Origin: an uncultured cyanobacterium
GTDB lineage: Bacteria > Cyanobacteriota > Cyanobacteriia > PCC-9006 > JAAUQQ01
Assembly: GCA_963718615.1 (NCBI GenBank)
Contig: OY970368.1
Location: 224,001 to 288,000, forward strand
DNA: 64,000 bases
Direction: 5' to 3'
In this document: positions 27,983 to 38,300 of the stretch, piece after piece
Layout: each line of letters starts with the position of its first letter
Position numbering within the stretch: position 1 is the stretch's first letter
Position numbers and translations under genes: made by a program
Notes under the pieces: generated by a model
The model's input: the letters and a program-made list of their open reading frames with translations, nothing else
Told to the model about the DNA's origin: nothing
Database searches by the model: none

Positions 27983-30571
27983 CTAGCGGTGGGACAGAAG
28001 CTGAAATTTGTAGCCTGTTTTAACCTTGGCATCCGGGACGACTTTGAGGAGACCCATAGTACGCGACTTAGGCTTAGTGACTCTAAACTGCACAGGACCT
28101 GTAATTCCCTCGTGACTGAATTTGGGATTGGCAAGATATTGCTGTAAGACCGCTCGCTCGCTCGGTTTTACGGATTGAAACAGATTGAATCCTAAGGCAT
28201 TGAACCCTAAGGCATTGAATCCTGTAGGAGACGCCTGCTTAATCTCCCGCAGGCCTTCGGCAATGATGTTGGTGGCATCATAGGACATCGCAGTCCGCCA
28301 GGTCACCGGCCCTCCCCAGAGCTGCATCGCCTTTTGCAGGAAGGGATGGTTTACCGGTAAATTTTCGGGCGTCCAGAGGCTGGGAATCACCATGCCCGCC
28401 ATGGCAGCTTGGCCTTGCTCAAGCGTGAGCTGGGTGTAAAACGAAGGGCTGCCGTAAAGGGTCAAAGGTTTAGGTTCTTGGGCATTGATACGGGCTAGGT
28501 CAATCCCGTTTTTTAGGCGATCGACATGGGTGGCGATGACAATGGCTTGGGCGTTTGTTTTTGCAATTTGTTTGATCGCCTGCTCAGGCGAAAAATCGGG
28601 TTGCGCAAAGTCACAATTAACATCCACAATTGTGCCCTTGAACGTTCGCATGAAATCTTGTCCAAAAGACGCGTTATCTTCGGCAGAGGTATCCACACAA
28701 ACCGCAATGGTTTGATCCCCGCGACGTTGCATATAGGCCGAGAGCATTTGGCTCACCGTCACCATATCTGGCACCATGCGGAAGGCATAGGGATATTGCT
28801 TGCCAACGTTATAGAAACTTAAATCGGCAGCGAAGCTCGTGGGGGTCAACATCACCAGCCCTTTTGGGTTATAAACCTTCGCACCTGCCATTGAAGCATT
28901 GGTTGCATTGTGGCCAATGACGGCTAGGATGTTGCGATCGCCCACAAATTGCTGAGCCAGTTGTTTAGAAAGCTCGGTGTCGTTGTCATCGTTCGCAATC
29001 ACAACCAGCAGTTTTTTGCCCTCGTTAGAACCCTCATTGAACTGGGTTTGAGCTTGAGCAACCCCTCGCAGCATTTCCTGGGCAACATCCACATTGCTCC
29101 CAATTGGAACACTCACAACAACGGTGAAATGGGCCGTTTGATTGGCCAGAATTCTAGCATTGTTAAGATAGATGCGGGTTTCTGGATCGTTGCGGTTTTG
29201 GCGCAATGAGGTCTCAAATTCCGTTACCGCTGCTTGCCAGTTTTTCTGGGCACAAGCGCTGCTCCTTCGCTGTTTAGCGTTTTCCTGTTTCGATAAGGGA
29301 ATTAACAAGTCCTCGCAATGGCTGATGCGCGAGGCTAGCGTCCAGGCCCAAAAGACTTGGGAGCCCCACCATCCTACCCCCAGTAAAGCCGCAAAAAGGC
29401 AAAGGCTAAAAAGGACAATCGTCCGCTTCCGCCGTTGCCGTCGGTACTGAAAGCTGGGTGCAGACGGATTTTGAAAAATGACCGGTAGCCAGGTCGCCTG
29501 GGGATAGGTCTGGCTCAGGTCCTGAAGTCGCTCTCGGGCATGGCGCACTGCGAGGTGAAAGGCCTCTCCCGCTTGAAACGCCTGCAAAAAGTAACGCAAA
29601 AAGTCATGGGCTGCATCATCCGGAATCGGCTCCCGCATGACCACCACGTTAGGGACATGGGCCGAACTGACCCCTTGGGCCAGTCCCAGGCCATCGCAGG
29701 AATTAAAAATCGCTAATTTGAGTCCCTTACGCACCGCCACGGTTAGGGCTTCGGTGAGCTCCCGAATCGGAACCGTTGTATTTCCGAGGCCAAGGCTACC
29801 CCCGCCAGAGTCCCCTAGATGATCGCTGGCACTATGCCCCGCAAAGAGCAAGACATCCCAGCTCTCGTAGAACAGGGTGTCTTTGAGGAGAGAAAGCGTG
29901 GGATTTGCTAAACATCGGATCTGAGCATCGGGAAATTGCTGGGTTAGGGTTTGGAAATCGGTTTCGACATCCAGTTGGTCGCAGAGACCTAGAATCACCA
30001 GGATTTTGAGGGGCGATCGCAACATTTTCTCCTTTCCCCCCTGATAGGGAGCCGCCAAGACCAACTCTGCATTGGGACGCACTTGGAAGAGGGGCCAATA
30101 ATGCCAGGGCAGACGTTGCAGGATTGGATCATCCGTTTCAAGAATCAACCGCAGCGGTTCGTTGATCCGGGCTCCATCAATCAGGTCCTCCCGCAAATCC
30201 CGGAAACTAGACTGCTCAAACCACAGCAGCAGCAGTTCCTCCACGCTCTTTCCCTGCTGTTTCACCTCATCCCAGAGACGCTGTGTATTTGAAGTTTGGG
30301 AAAAATTAGTCTTTTGATAAGAGGGAACAATCACCCGGTGCCAGCGCCAGCGTGTTGTTTCACCTAAAGCGCGATACGCCCGCTGCCATGCCCCATACTG
30401 CTCAAACAGGCCTGGGGCTGGAGGCAGTTGATAGGCTATTTTTCTAAAGGGCTGTTGCCCTTCCTGAGCCAGTTCGAGGGTGGCTGAAAAGCCTTGAGCC
30501 ACCGTTGTTCCCGCAGAAATTTTCAGAACTGCAACTTTCCCCGGCTGATTTTTCCCTGGCTGATTGAACAT
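27983..30571 (-). CDS. CHAT-domain protein with TM helix, TPR-like segment and periplasmic-binding (PBP1/Leu-binding) domain
   Basis: FAGHS, FNSCDG, WLPVIFQNP; TM helix; ETRIYLNNA; VSVPIG..EMLRGVAQAQ; WRTAMSYDA. Confidence 0.85.
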   Translation of the reverse strand: MFNQPGKNQPGKVAVLKISAGTTVAQGFSATLELAQEGQQPFRKIAYQLPPAPGLFEQYGAWQRAYRALGETTRWRWHRVIVPSYQKTNFSQTSNTQRLWDEVKQQGKSVEELLLLWFEQSSFRDLREDLIDGARINEPLRLILETDDPILQRLPWHYWPLFQVRPNAELVLAAPYQGGKEKMLRSPLKILVILGLCDQLDVETDFQTLTQQFPDAQIRCLANPTLSLLKDTLFYESWDVLLFAGHSASDHLGDSGGGSLGLGNTTVPIRELTEALTVAVRKGLKLAIFNSCDGLGLAQGVSSAHVPNVVVMREPIPDDAAHDFLRYFLQAFQAGEAFHLAVRHARERLQDLSQTYPQATWLPVIFQNPSAPSFQYRRQRRKRTIVLFSLCLFAALLGVGWWGSQVFWAWTLASRISHCEDLLIPLSKQENAKQRRSSACAQKNWQAAVTEFETSLRQNRNDPETRIYLNNARILANQTAHFTVVVSVPIGSNVDVAQEMLRGVAQAQTQFNEGSNEGKKLLVVIANDDNDTELSKQLAQQFVGDRNILAVIGHNATNASMAGAKVYNPKGLVMLTPTSFAADLSFYNVGKQYPYAFRMVPDMVTVSQMLSAYMQRRGDQTIAVCVDTSAEDNASFGQDFMRTFKGTIVDVNCDFAQPDFSPEQAIKQIAKTNAQAIVIATHVDRLKNGIDLARINAQEPKPLTLYGSPSFYTQLTLEQGQAAMAGMVIPSLWTPENLPVNHPFLQKAMQLWGGPVTWRTAMSYDATNIIAEGLREIKQASPTGFNALGFNALGFNLFQSVKPSERAVLQQYLANPKFSHEGITGPVQFRVTKPKSRTMGLLKVVPDAKVKTGYKFQLLSHR

Positions 30572-30708
30572 CTATAATTTCCCCAGACTCGTTATAATCC
30601 AACTCCCCAGGGACAATGACTTGAGAATCCCCCTGAGATAATTTCTTGAGATGCCTCCTTGACATGTATATCTGTCTCTCGGGAAAAATTTATTTATATG
30701 CTCCTTGA

Positions 30709-30939
30709 ATGGGGTTCCCAGTACCTGAAGCTAAAACTGTGATGACCCACTTGCCTCCGCTACCGACGGCGATCGCCCTAGCCTTCCTCCACTGCGCCAT
30801 TGGCACCGTCGCCGCCGTCATTGCCCAGCGCAAGGGTCGAAATTTTCAGCGTTGGCTGGGAATGGGTTGGATTTGTGGCACACCGTCCCTGATTGCCGCA
30901 CTATGGTTAAAGGAAAACGATTCGGATGTCTCATCTTGA
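30709..30939 (+). CDS. Small membrane protein
   Basis: Two hydrophobic helices around AQRKGRN..W. Confidence 0.6.
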   Translation: MGFPVPEAKTVMTHLPPLPTAIALAFLHCAIGTVAAVIAQRKGRNFQRWLGMGWICGTPSLIAALWLKENDSDVSS

Positions 30940-30978
30940 GTGTTTTTCAACCCTTTTGTATTGTGCCTTGCTTAAACC

Positions 30979-31971
30979 ATGGTTCTGATCCGGATTCCTA
31001 AGGGCTGGGAGATTTCTGAAAATTCCATCAGCAATGAAGCTGCCTTTTTCAATCGGCGACGGTTTATAAGGAACTTCCTTGGGGCAGGGGTGGCGATCGC
31101 CGCCACCCCCCTTCTCACCGCTTGCCAATCCAGCGGCTCTGAACCCAACATTGACCTTAAAGCGACCCTCGATACCCCCGAAGTCGGCGGTTTTCAGCGC
31201 AATCCGGTCTTTAACGAACTCGATCGCCCCCTCACTAAACGAGAGCTCGCCGGTCAATACAACAATTTCTACGAATTTGGCGGCACCAAAACCATTTGGC
31301 CCAAAGCCCAGGCACTGCCGACGGAGCCCTGGACCGTTGAAGTGACCGGCTTAGTCAACAAACCCCGCAGCTTTGACCTTGACGCCCTACAAAAGGAATT
31401 CACCCTGGAAGAACGGCTCTATCGCTTCCGTTGTGTCGAAGCTTGGTCCATGGCGGTGCCCTGGCTGGGGTTTCCCATGAAGGCACTAATCGACAAGGTT
31501 GACCCCAAACCCGAAGCCAAATTTGTCCGTTTCGTCTCGTTCTACGACCCCAAAATCACCACCGGCCCCCAACTCTACTCCAGCTTTTTGCCCTGGCCCT
31601 ACACCGAAGGGCTTCGCATTGAGGAAATGGCTAACGAGCTAGCCTTCTTTGCCCTCGGCATTTATGGACGGTTGTTGCCCAAGCAGCACGGTGCACCGAT
31701 TCGAGCGGTGTTGCCCTGGAAATATGGCTTTAAGGGAGCCAAATCCATTGTCAAAATTGAATTTGTGGCGGAACAGCCCAAAACCTATTGGAATACACTT
31801 CAGCCCAGTGAGTATGCCTTCGAAGCCAATGTAGAACCGAAAGTGCCCCATCCCCGGTGGTCCCAAGCCCAGGAGCGGTTTATTGGCAAGGGGCCAGGGC
31901 TAACCTGGGAGGAGCGCCCAACGCTGCTGTACAACGGCTACGAGAAATTTGTGGCGAATTTATATGCTTAG
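30979..31971 (+). CDS. msrP: Protein-methionine-sulfoxide reductase catalytic subunit
   Basis: Tat NRRRFI, YNNFYEFG, RFRCVEAWS, PWKYGFK, HPRWSQA. Confidence 0.95.
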   Translation: MVLIRIPKGWEISENSISNEAAFFNRRRFIRNFLGAGVAIAATPLLTACQSSGSEPNIDLKATLDTPEVGGFQRNPVFNELDRPLTKRELAGQYNNFYEFGGTKTIWPKAQALPTEPWTVEVTGLVNKPRSFDLDALQKEFTLEERLYRFRCVEAWSMAVPWLGFPMKALIDKVDPKPEAKFVRFVSFYDPKITTGPQLYSSFLPWPYTEGLRIEEMANELAFFALGIYGRLLPKQHGAPIRAVLPWKYGFKGAKSIVKIEFVAEQPKTYWNTLQPSEYAFEANVEPKVPHPRWSQAQERFIGKGPGLTWEERPTLLYNGYEKFVANLYA

Positions 31972-32057
31972 TCTGGCCTAGAAGAACGACTGTTTGTGAC
32001 TGTCCTATTAGATTGACCCCTTTGCAATCCAAGACCAACCCTTATCGGCTAAGCGCC

Positions 32058-32999
32058 ATGTACCTTGATGCCCAGCAGTTTTGTGAACCGAGCCTAGAAG
32101 ATGCGATCGATCGCCATCCGCTTGTGGTTCGCCCCGATATTCCGTTGGGGGAGGTGGTGGTGCAAATGGGTCAGTGTCGAGTATTACCGCCTGAAACACA
32201 CCACTGCGGTTCGAGCTGCGCGATCGTTCTCGATGGCGAATCTGTGGTTGGCATTTTGACGGAGCGGGATGTGGTGAGGTTTGTGTCTCTTCAGTTGCCT
32301 AGCTGCGATCTGCCCGTGAGCGAATTTATGGCCAGTCCGGTGGTGACATTGCCGGAAAAAGATTTTCGGGAAGTTTTTTCAGCGCTTTTTCTCTTCCGTC
32401 GTTACAAAATTCGCCATCTCGTACTTGTCGATGAAGAACAGCGATTGCGGGGGGTGGTTTCCCAAGACAGTATGCGCCACGCCATTCGACCGGCGAATCT
32501 GCTAAAAATGCGGCGGGTATCTGATGTAATGACAACGCCTGTGGTCCATGCCTTTGAATCTGCCTCGGTGCTGAGTTTGGCTCAGCAGATGACTAAGCAC
32601 CGGGTGAGCTGTGTGGTCATTATCGAGGAAGATCCAGAGTTTGACCTGCGTCAGATCGGTTTGATTCCCGTGGGCATTGTGACGGAGCGAGATATTGTGC
32701 AGTTTCAGGCCCTGCGCTTGGATTTGGCTCAAACCCCGGCCCGAGCGGTCATGAGTACGCCGCTGTTTTTACTCAGCCCCAAGGATTCGCTGCTCATGGC
32801 CTATGAAGAGATGCAGCGGCGTTGGGTTCGGCGACTCGTGGTGTCCTGGGATTGGGGCAAGGGGCTAGGTATCGTGACGCAGACCAGTCTGCTACGTATT
32901 TTTGACCCCATGGAAATGCATAGTGTGATCGATACGTTGCAACAAACGGTGAATGAGCTCCAGGCGGAGTTGCAAGCGCTAAAACAGCACCATGGCTAG
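32058..32999 (+). CDS. Four-CBS-domain protein with C-terminal coiled coil
   Basis: GILTERD, GIVTERD, GIVTQTS repeats. Confidence 0.85.
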   Translation: MYLDAQQFCEPSLEDAIDRHPLVVRPDIPLGEVVVQMGQCRVLPPETHHCGSSCAIVLDGESVVGILTERDVVRFVSLQLPSCDLPVSEFMASPVVTLPEKDFREVFSALFLFRRYKIRHLVLVDEEQRLRGVVSQDSMRHAIRPANLLKMRRVSDVMTTPVVHAFESASVLSLAQQMTKHRVSCVVIIEEDPEFDLRQIGLIPVGIVTERDIVQFQALRLDLAQTPARAVMSTPLFLLSPKDSLLMAYEEMQRRWVRRLVVSWDWGKGLGIVTQTSLLRIFDPMEMHSVIDTLQQTVNELQAELQALKQHHG

Positions 33000-33400
33000 G
33001 GTTTGGCTCTTCGCGAGTCGTTATTTATCTGGGCTAATTGCTGAAGTTTGATGAAGCCTAGAAGTTGTTTTAAGCTGCGTTGATCCCGCATATATGCAGA
33101 CTTAGCGCAGGTTGGGTTTGAAGAAAAATAGAAGTGTGCGAGGGAGAGATGCGATCGCTCCCCTATCATTCTGCGCAAAACCACAGTCACTTTAGACAGC
33201 AATTAACTAGAAGTAGAAACGTATAAAGAACAACAAAAACTGTTTTTACTTTTGGAACCAGCTTTGGGCGGTGGCTATGATGCATGCAGTTGGGTCAAGC
33301 GCTTCTTGACAAGAACCCAACTCCAACATAGTCAGCCAGATTGCATCTTTATCATTTCACTTGCAGTTCTTCTAATCATTACTTCAAAGCTTCTCACCTC

Positions 33401-34183
33401 ATGACTAAGATCACTCGTCTTTTAGGTATTTTTGTACTTCTGTCGATTACTTCCTTTGCAAATGTAGCTAAAGCTGGCGATCAGAAGCCTTCCGAAAGTA
33501 GCTCTAAGAACCAGTCTGTAACCGAAGTCGAGAAGTCTAGTCAAGACAAGACCGAGCAGGAAAAGGCTAAGCAGGAAAAGGAAAAAGCGGAAAACGAGAA
33601 AGCTGATAAAGAAAAGGCTGACAAGGAAAAGGCCGAAAAAGAGAAGGCTGACAAGGAAAAGGCCGAAAAAGAGAAGGCTGACAAGGAAAAGGCCGAAAAA
33701 GAGAAGGCTGAGCAGGAAAAGGAAAAGGCCGAAAAAGAGAAGGAAAAGGCCGAAAAAGAGAAGGAAAAGGCTGATAAAGAAAAAGCTGACAAGGAAAAGG
33801 CTGATAAGGAAAAGGCCGACAAAGAAAAGGCTGAGCAGGAAAAGGAAAAGGCTGATAAAGAGAAGGTTGACAAAGAAAAGGCTGAGCAGGAAAAAGAGCA
33901 CTCCCAGGAGAAAGAATCTGAGCATAAAGAGGAGGGCGATCGCGAAGGCCATGATGAGCACCACGGCAGCTACAACATAGGAGATATGGATGACCACGAT
34001 TCGTCTCAAGAACATAGCGATCGCCACGAAGATGAATCTGATAAATCTGGCTCGCCTGAAGTGAAATCAGCCAACCCAAATGTAGGTTCAACCAATAACT
34101 CCGTATCCGTCCCGGAACCCAGCCTACTGCTTGGTCTAGGGGTTGCAGCCCTCGGCGCGAAGCGTGCCCGCAAGCGTCAGTAA
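33401..34183 (+). CDS. PEP-CTERM exported protein with KEKA(D/E) repeats and His/Asp-rich segment
   Basis: Signal peptide; C-terminal VPEPSLLLGLGVAALGAKRARKRQ. Confidence 0.88.
   Translation: MTKITRLLGIFVLLSITSFANVAKAGDQKPSESSSKNQSVTEVEKSSQDKTEQEKAKQEKEKAENEKADKEKADKEKAEKEKADKEKAEKEKADKEKAEKEKAEQEKEKAEKEKEKAEKEKEKADKEKADKEKADKEKADKEKAEQEKEKADKEKVDKEKAEQEKEHSQEKESEHKEEGDREGHDEHHGSYNIGDMDDHDSSQEHSDRHEDESDKSGSPEVKSANPNVGSTNNSVSVPEPSLLLGLGVAALGAKRARKRQ
33555..33897 (+). repeat. Coding tandem repeat of ~15/30-bp units (AAGGAAAAGGCTGAC/GCCGAA)
   Basis: Purine-rich repeats encoding KEKAD/KEKAE. Confidence 0.9.
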
Positions 34184-34242
34184 GGTGAATTACACTGAAT
34201 CTGCTCAGCAGTTCAAACTAATAATTAAGTAAACTTACATGA

Positions 34243-34279
34243 TCCTGGTAGTGATTTTCTGCCAGGGTCATTCCTTTTT
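34243..34279 (+). terminator. Probable intrinsic terminator after the PEP-CTERM gene
   Basis: CCTGGTAG-loop-CTGCCAGG stem followed by a T-rich tract. Confidence 0.45.
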
Positions 34280-34284
34280 AGAAG

Positions 34285-34513
34285 TTGACAAATGTCGAAC
34301 AGCCTCCTGTTGTTGGTCAGCCTCCAGTGGAAGAACCCTCGACTCCTGATATCCCTTCTGTTGGTATAAACACTCCCGAGGTTTCTAGCTCCTACGAGGC
34401 ACCGCCCGAAGAGCCAACTGTAAAAAAAAGTGCCGGAACCCAGTCTGTTGCTTGGTTTAGGTATCGTAACGCTTGGGGGTCGAGTGCTGCGTAAGCGCCG
34501 CCAAGATGCTTAA
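34285..34513 (+). pseudogene. 5'-truncated, frameshifted second PEP-CTERM gene
   Basis: Pro/Glu-rich stalk, A8 run at 34422-34429, then out-of-frame VPEPSLLLGLGIVTLGGRVLRKRRQDA*. Confidence 0.75.
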
Positions 34514-34580
34514 GCCTAACCGGGCATTTGCCCAGAGAAGCACAAGACTGAGACGACGTTCAGCCATGGAATAGCCTTGA

Positions 34581-34616
34581 AGCCCCGGTCATCTCTTCAT
34601 GGAGAGCCGGGGTTTT
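34581..34616. terminator. Stem-loop (terminator or REP-like)
   Basis: GCCCCGG...CCGGGGT followed by T-run. Confidence 0.45.
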
Positions 34617-34762
34617 CCTATGGATGGTTCTGTGAATCGTGGGATCAACAAGGTTTAGGAAAGAGCCTGCTGAGGGGTGAGAGCGTGCCCTGGTGTACTC
34701 TTTTTTTGCGCCCTTTTCGCGGTAGGATCGGCGAGTTACAACATTTGTGAACCAGTTGAACC

Positions 34763-35152
34763 ATGGCTGAGCGACCTATTAAACGATCTGAACGCGCTGA
34801 GCGTGGTGAGGGAGAGGAGCGCAAGGAGGAGCGGCGCGAGGAGCGTCGGGATAGCGGCGGCAAGAGCGGCGGCAAGGGCCGTGGCAAGGGCGGACGGGGG
34901 AGAGGTGAGGGCGATCGCGAAGAGCAAAAGCAGCCTGTGAATCCGGCGCTAGTACGGGGTCCCAAGCCTGGTTCGAAGAAAAAGGAAGCGCCTAAGCCAG
35001 AAGTGGCGGAAGCGGTGAGCGACGCAACCGCTGAGACAACGGAGGTTCCTACCGAAGAAACTTCCACCGAAGCAACTTCCACCGAAGCAACTCCCGCAGA
35101 AGAAACTTCCACTGATGAAACTCCCGCAGAGGAAACTCCGGCTGACGCCTAG
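34763..35152 (+). CDS. Hypothetical low-complexity protein (basic/Gly-rich N-terminus, acidic tail)
   Basis: MAERPIKRSER..NPALVRGPKP; ETSTE repeats. Confidence 0.7.
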   Translation: MAERPIKRSERAERGEGEERKEERREERRDSGGKSGGKGRGKGGRGRGEGDREEQKQPVNPALVRGPKPGSKKKEAPKPEVAEAVSDATAETTEVPTEETSTEATSTEATPAEETSTDETPAEETPADA

Positions 35153-35336
35153 GGGAGCGGTGCGTTGAGCATGGTGAGTGGATTATATTGATGATTTGGG
35201 GCGATCGCTAACGGTTTGGCGATCGCCCTAATTTGATTGCAGTACCCAAAATACCCAGAGAATTTTGGCAAAATGGACGGATGGGTTCCGTGATTCTCGG
35301 GATCTAGGAATAGTTTCCCGTTCTGGATTGACGCCC

Positions 35337-38300
35337 ATGGCCCGCAAAAGCCTCCAGGATCTGATTCGTCAACGGCAGCGATCGACCTTTGTGGGTCGGG
35401 AGGCGCAGCTTGAGTTGTTTCGAGAAACGGTGCGCAATCCACGGGTTGAGCTGGATGGGACGCGCTATTTTGACCACCTGATTTTTAATATTTGGGGTCA
35501 GGGCGGTGTGGGTAAATCGACGCTGATGGGGCAGTTTCAGCAGATTGCCCAGGGTTCTGGGTTGGGGGGCGCTGATTTTGTCAGGGTGTCGATGGATGAG
35601 GGGATTAAGGCGCTGCCGGAGATGCTGGGGCGGTTTGCGGATCAGCTCGCGCAGCAGGGGCTGCCGCTGCCCAAGTTTGCGGAGCGGTACAAAACCTATC
35701 GGGAAAAGCGGGAGGAAGTGGAAACGGATCCGGAGGCTCCCCAGGGGTTTGCGGCGTTTTTGGGTCGGACGGTGACGCGGACGGGGTTGCGATTGGCGAA
35801 GCAGGTGCCGTTGGGCGGGGATGCGTTGGCGGAGCTGGTGGACGATAAGGCGTTGGTGGACCAGGGGGGCGAGTGGGCAACCTATCTGTCGCGCAAGCTG
35901 AAGAATAAGGACGAGGTGATTCTGCTGCGGGAGTCGGAGCGGGTGTTGACGCAACTGTTTCTAAAGGACTTGGAGGCGGTGGCGGCGAAGCGGGATATTT
36001 TGTTCTGTTTGGATACCTATGAGGAGACGGGTGAGTTTTTGGATAGCTGGCTGCGGGCGCTGCTGACGGAGGAGCAGTATGGGGCGGTGCCAACTAATGT
36101 GGTGATGGTGATTGCGGGGCGGGCGGAGCTGGACCGAAACCATTGGGCGGAGTTGGGCGATTTGATTGTGCGGTTGCCGCTGGAGCCGTTTACGGAGGAG
36201 GAAGCTCAGGGCTTTTTGGCGCGGAAGGGGATTGTCGATGAGCGGGTGGTTGAGGTGATTCTGGAGATTTCGGGGCGGTTGCCGTTGTTGATGGCGACGT
36301 TGGCGGAGGAGTCGCCGGAGGATGCAGGGTCAGTGGGGGATGCGAGTGGGACGGCGGTGGAGCGGTTTCTCAAGTGGGTGGATGATCCGGTGCAGCGGCA
36401 ATTGGCGTTGGATGGGGCGTTGCCTCGGCGGCTCGATCGGGATGTGGTGGCTTGTTTAGTGGGAGAAGATCGGGCGGAGGAGCTGTTTGCTTGGTTGAAG
36501 GGGCGGGCGTTTGTGCAGGAGAAGTCCGATGGTTGGCGGTATCACGAGGTGGTGCGCAGCCAGATGTTGCGGTATGTGCGCAAGCAGTCGGAGCGGGATT
36601 GGAAGGCGCGGCAGGGGAAGTTGGCGGCGTATTTTGGGGAGTTGCGGCGGGGTTGGAGCTTTCTGAGGATGAGGCTTGGAAGGATGAGCAGTGGCAGGGG
36701 TTGCGGCTGGAAGAGTTGTATCACCAGCTTTGTTCCGTGGGGAATTTGGGGTTGAGTGAGGCGATTAATGGCTTTTTGCGGGCGCTGAAGGCGAAGCGGG
36801 GATTTGCGGAGCGGTGGGCGGGGGTGATGGGGGAGGTGGGGAAATGTTGTGAGGCGGGGCGGGTTTTGGAGTGGGGGGAGCGGTTGCGGCGGGATGGGTT
36901 AACGGCTTATGAGGAAGATCGGTATAGGGAAGCGATCGCGATGTTTTCTGCGGTTTTGGGGCGGCAGGAATTGCAGGAGGGGATGCGGGCGGTTGCTTTG
37001 GCTTGGCGGGGGGAAAGTTATCGTTTGGATTCGCAGTATGAGGCTGCGCTGAAGGATTTGAATCGTGCGATTGAGCTGGATTCGGAATATAAATGGGCGA
37101 TCGCCTCACGAGGCTTCACTTACCGATTGATGGAACGCTGCGAAGAAGCCATCACTGACTTTAGCCGTGCGATTGAACTGGATTCGGAATATAAATGGGC
37201 GATATTCCAACGCGGCTACACTTACCAATTGATGGAACGCTACGAAGAGGCCATCACTGACTGCAGCCGTGCGATTGAGCTGGATTCGGAATATAAAAGG
37301 GCGATCTTCCTACGCGGCTATACTTACCAATTGATGGAATGCTACGAAGAGGCTATCACTGACTACAGCCGTGCGATTGAGTTGGATTCGGAAGATCAAC
37401 TTACAATTGCTTTTCGTGGCGGAACTTACCGATTGATGGAACGCTACGAAGAGGCCATTGCTGACTTCAACCGTGCTATTGAGCTGGATTTGGAAGATGA
37501 CTGGGCGATCGCCCAACGCGGCGAAGCTTACCGATTAATGGAGCGCTACGAAGATGCTATTTCTGATTTTGATTTTGTACTAAAAATTGATCCTCAAAAT
37601 ACCGACTGCCTGAATGAAAGAGGTTTAGCTCATCAAGCAATTAAAAATTATGAAAGGGCTGTAGAAAACTTCAACCTTTGCATAGGCATTGATTCAAACT
37701 ATAAATGGGCTTTCAGAAATCGCGGATACACTTACCGATTAATAGAGCGCTATGAAGAGGCCATAACTGACTTTAGCCGTGCCATTGAGCTGGATTCGGA
37801 ATATCAAGAGGCGATCGCCCAACGCGGCGAGACTTACCGATTGATGAAGTGCTACGAAGATGCTATTTCTGATTTTGATTTTGTACTAAAAATTGATCCT
37901 CAAAACACCGACTGCCTGAATAAAAGAGGTTTAGCTCATCAAGCAATTAAAAATTATGAAAGGGCTGTAGAAAACTTCGACCTTTGCATAGGCATCGATT
38001 CAAAATATAAATGGGCTTTCAGAAATCGTGGCGACACTTACCAATTGATGAAACGCTACGAAGAAGCCATCACTGACTACAGCCGTGCCATTGAGTTGGA
38101 TTTGGAATATCAATGGGCGATCGCCTCTCGCGGCAAAACTTACCAATTGATGGAACGCTATGAAGATGCCCTTACCGACTTTAGCCGTGCCATTAAGCTG
38201 AATTCGGAAGATAAAGGGGTGATCTTCCAACGTGGCCTCACTTACCAATTAATGGAACGCTACGGAGATGCAATCTCTGACTTCAGCCGTGCCATTAAAC

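Noticed and set aside
33422-34091. Three minus-strand ORFs (Phe/Ser/Leu-rich)
   Set aside because: Antisense shadows of the purine-rich KEKA repeat.
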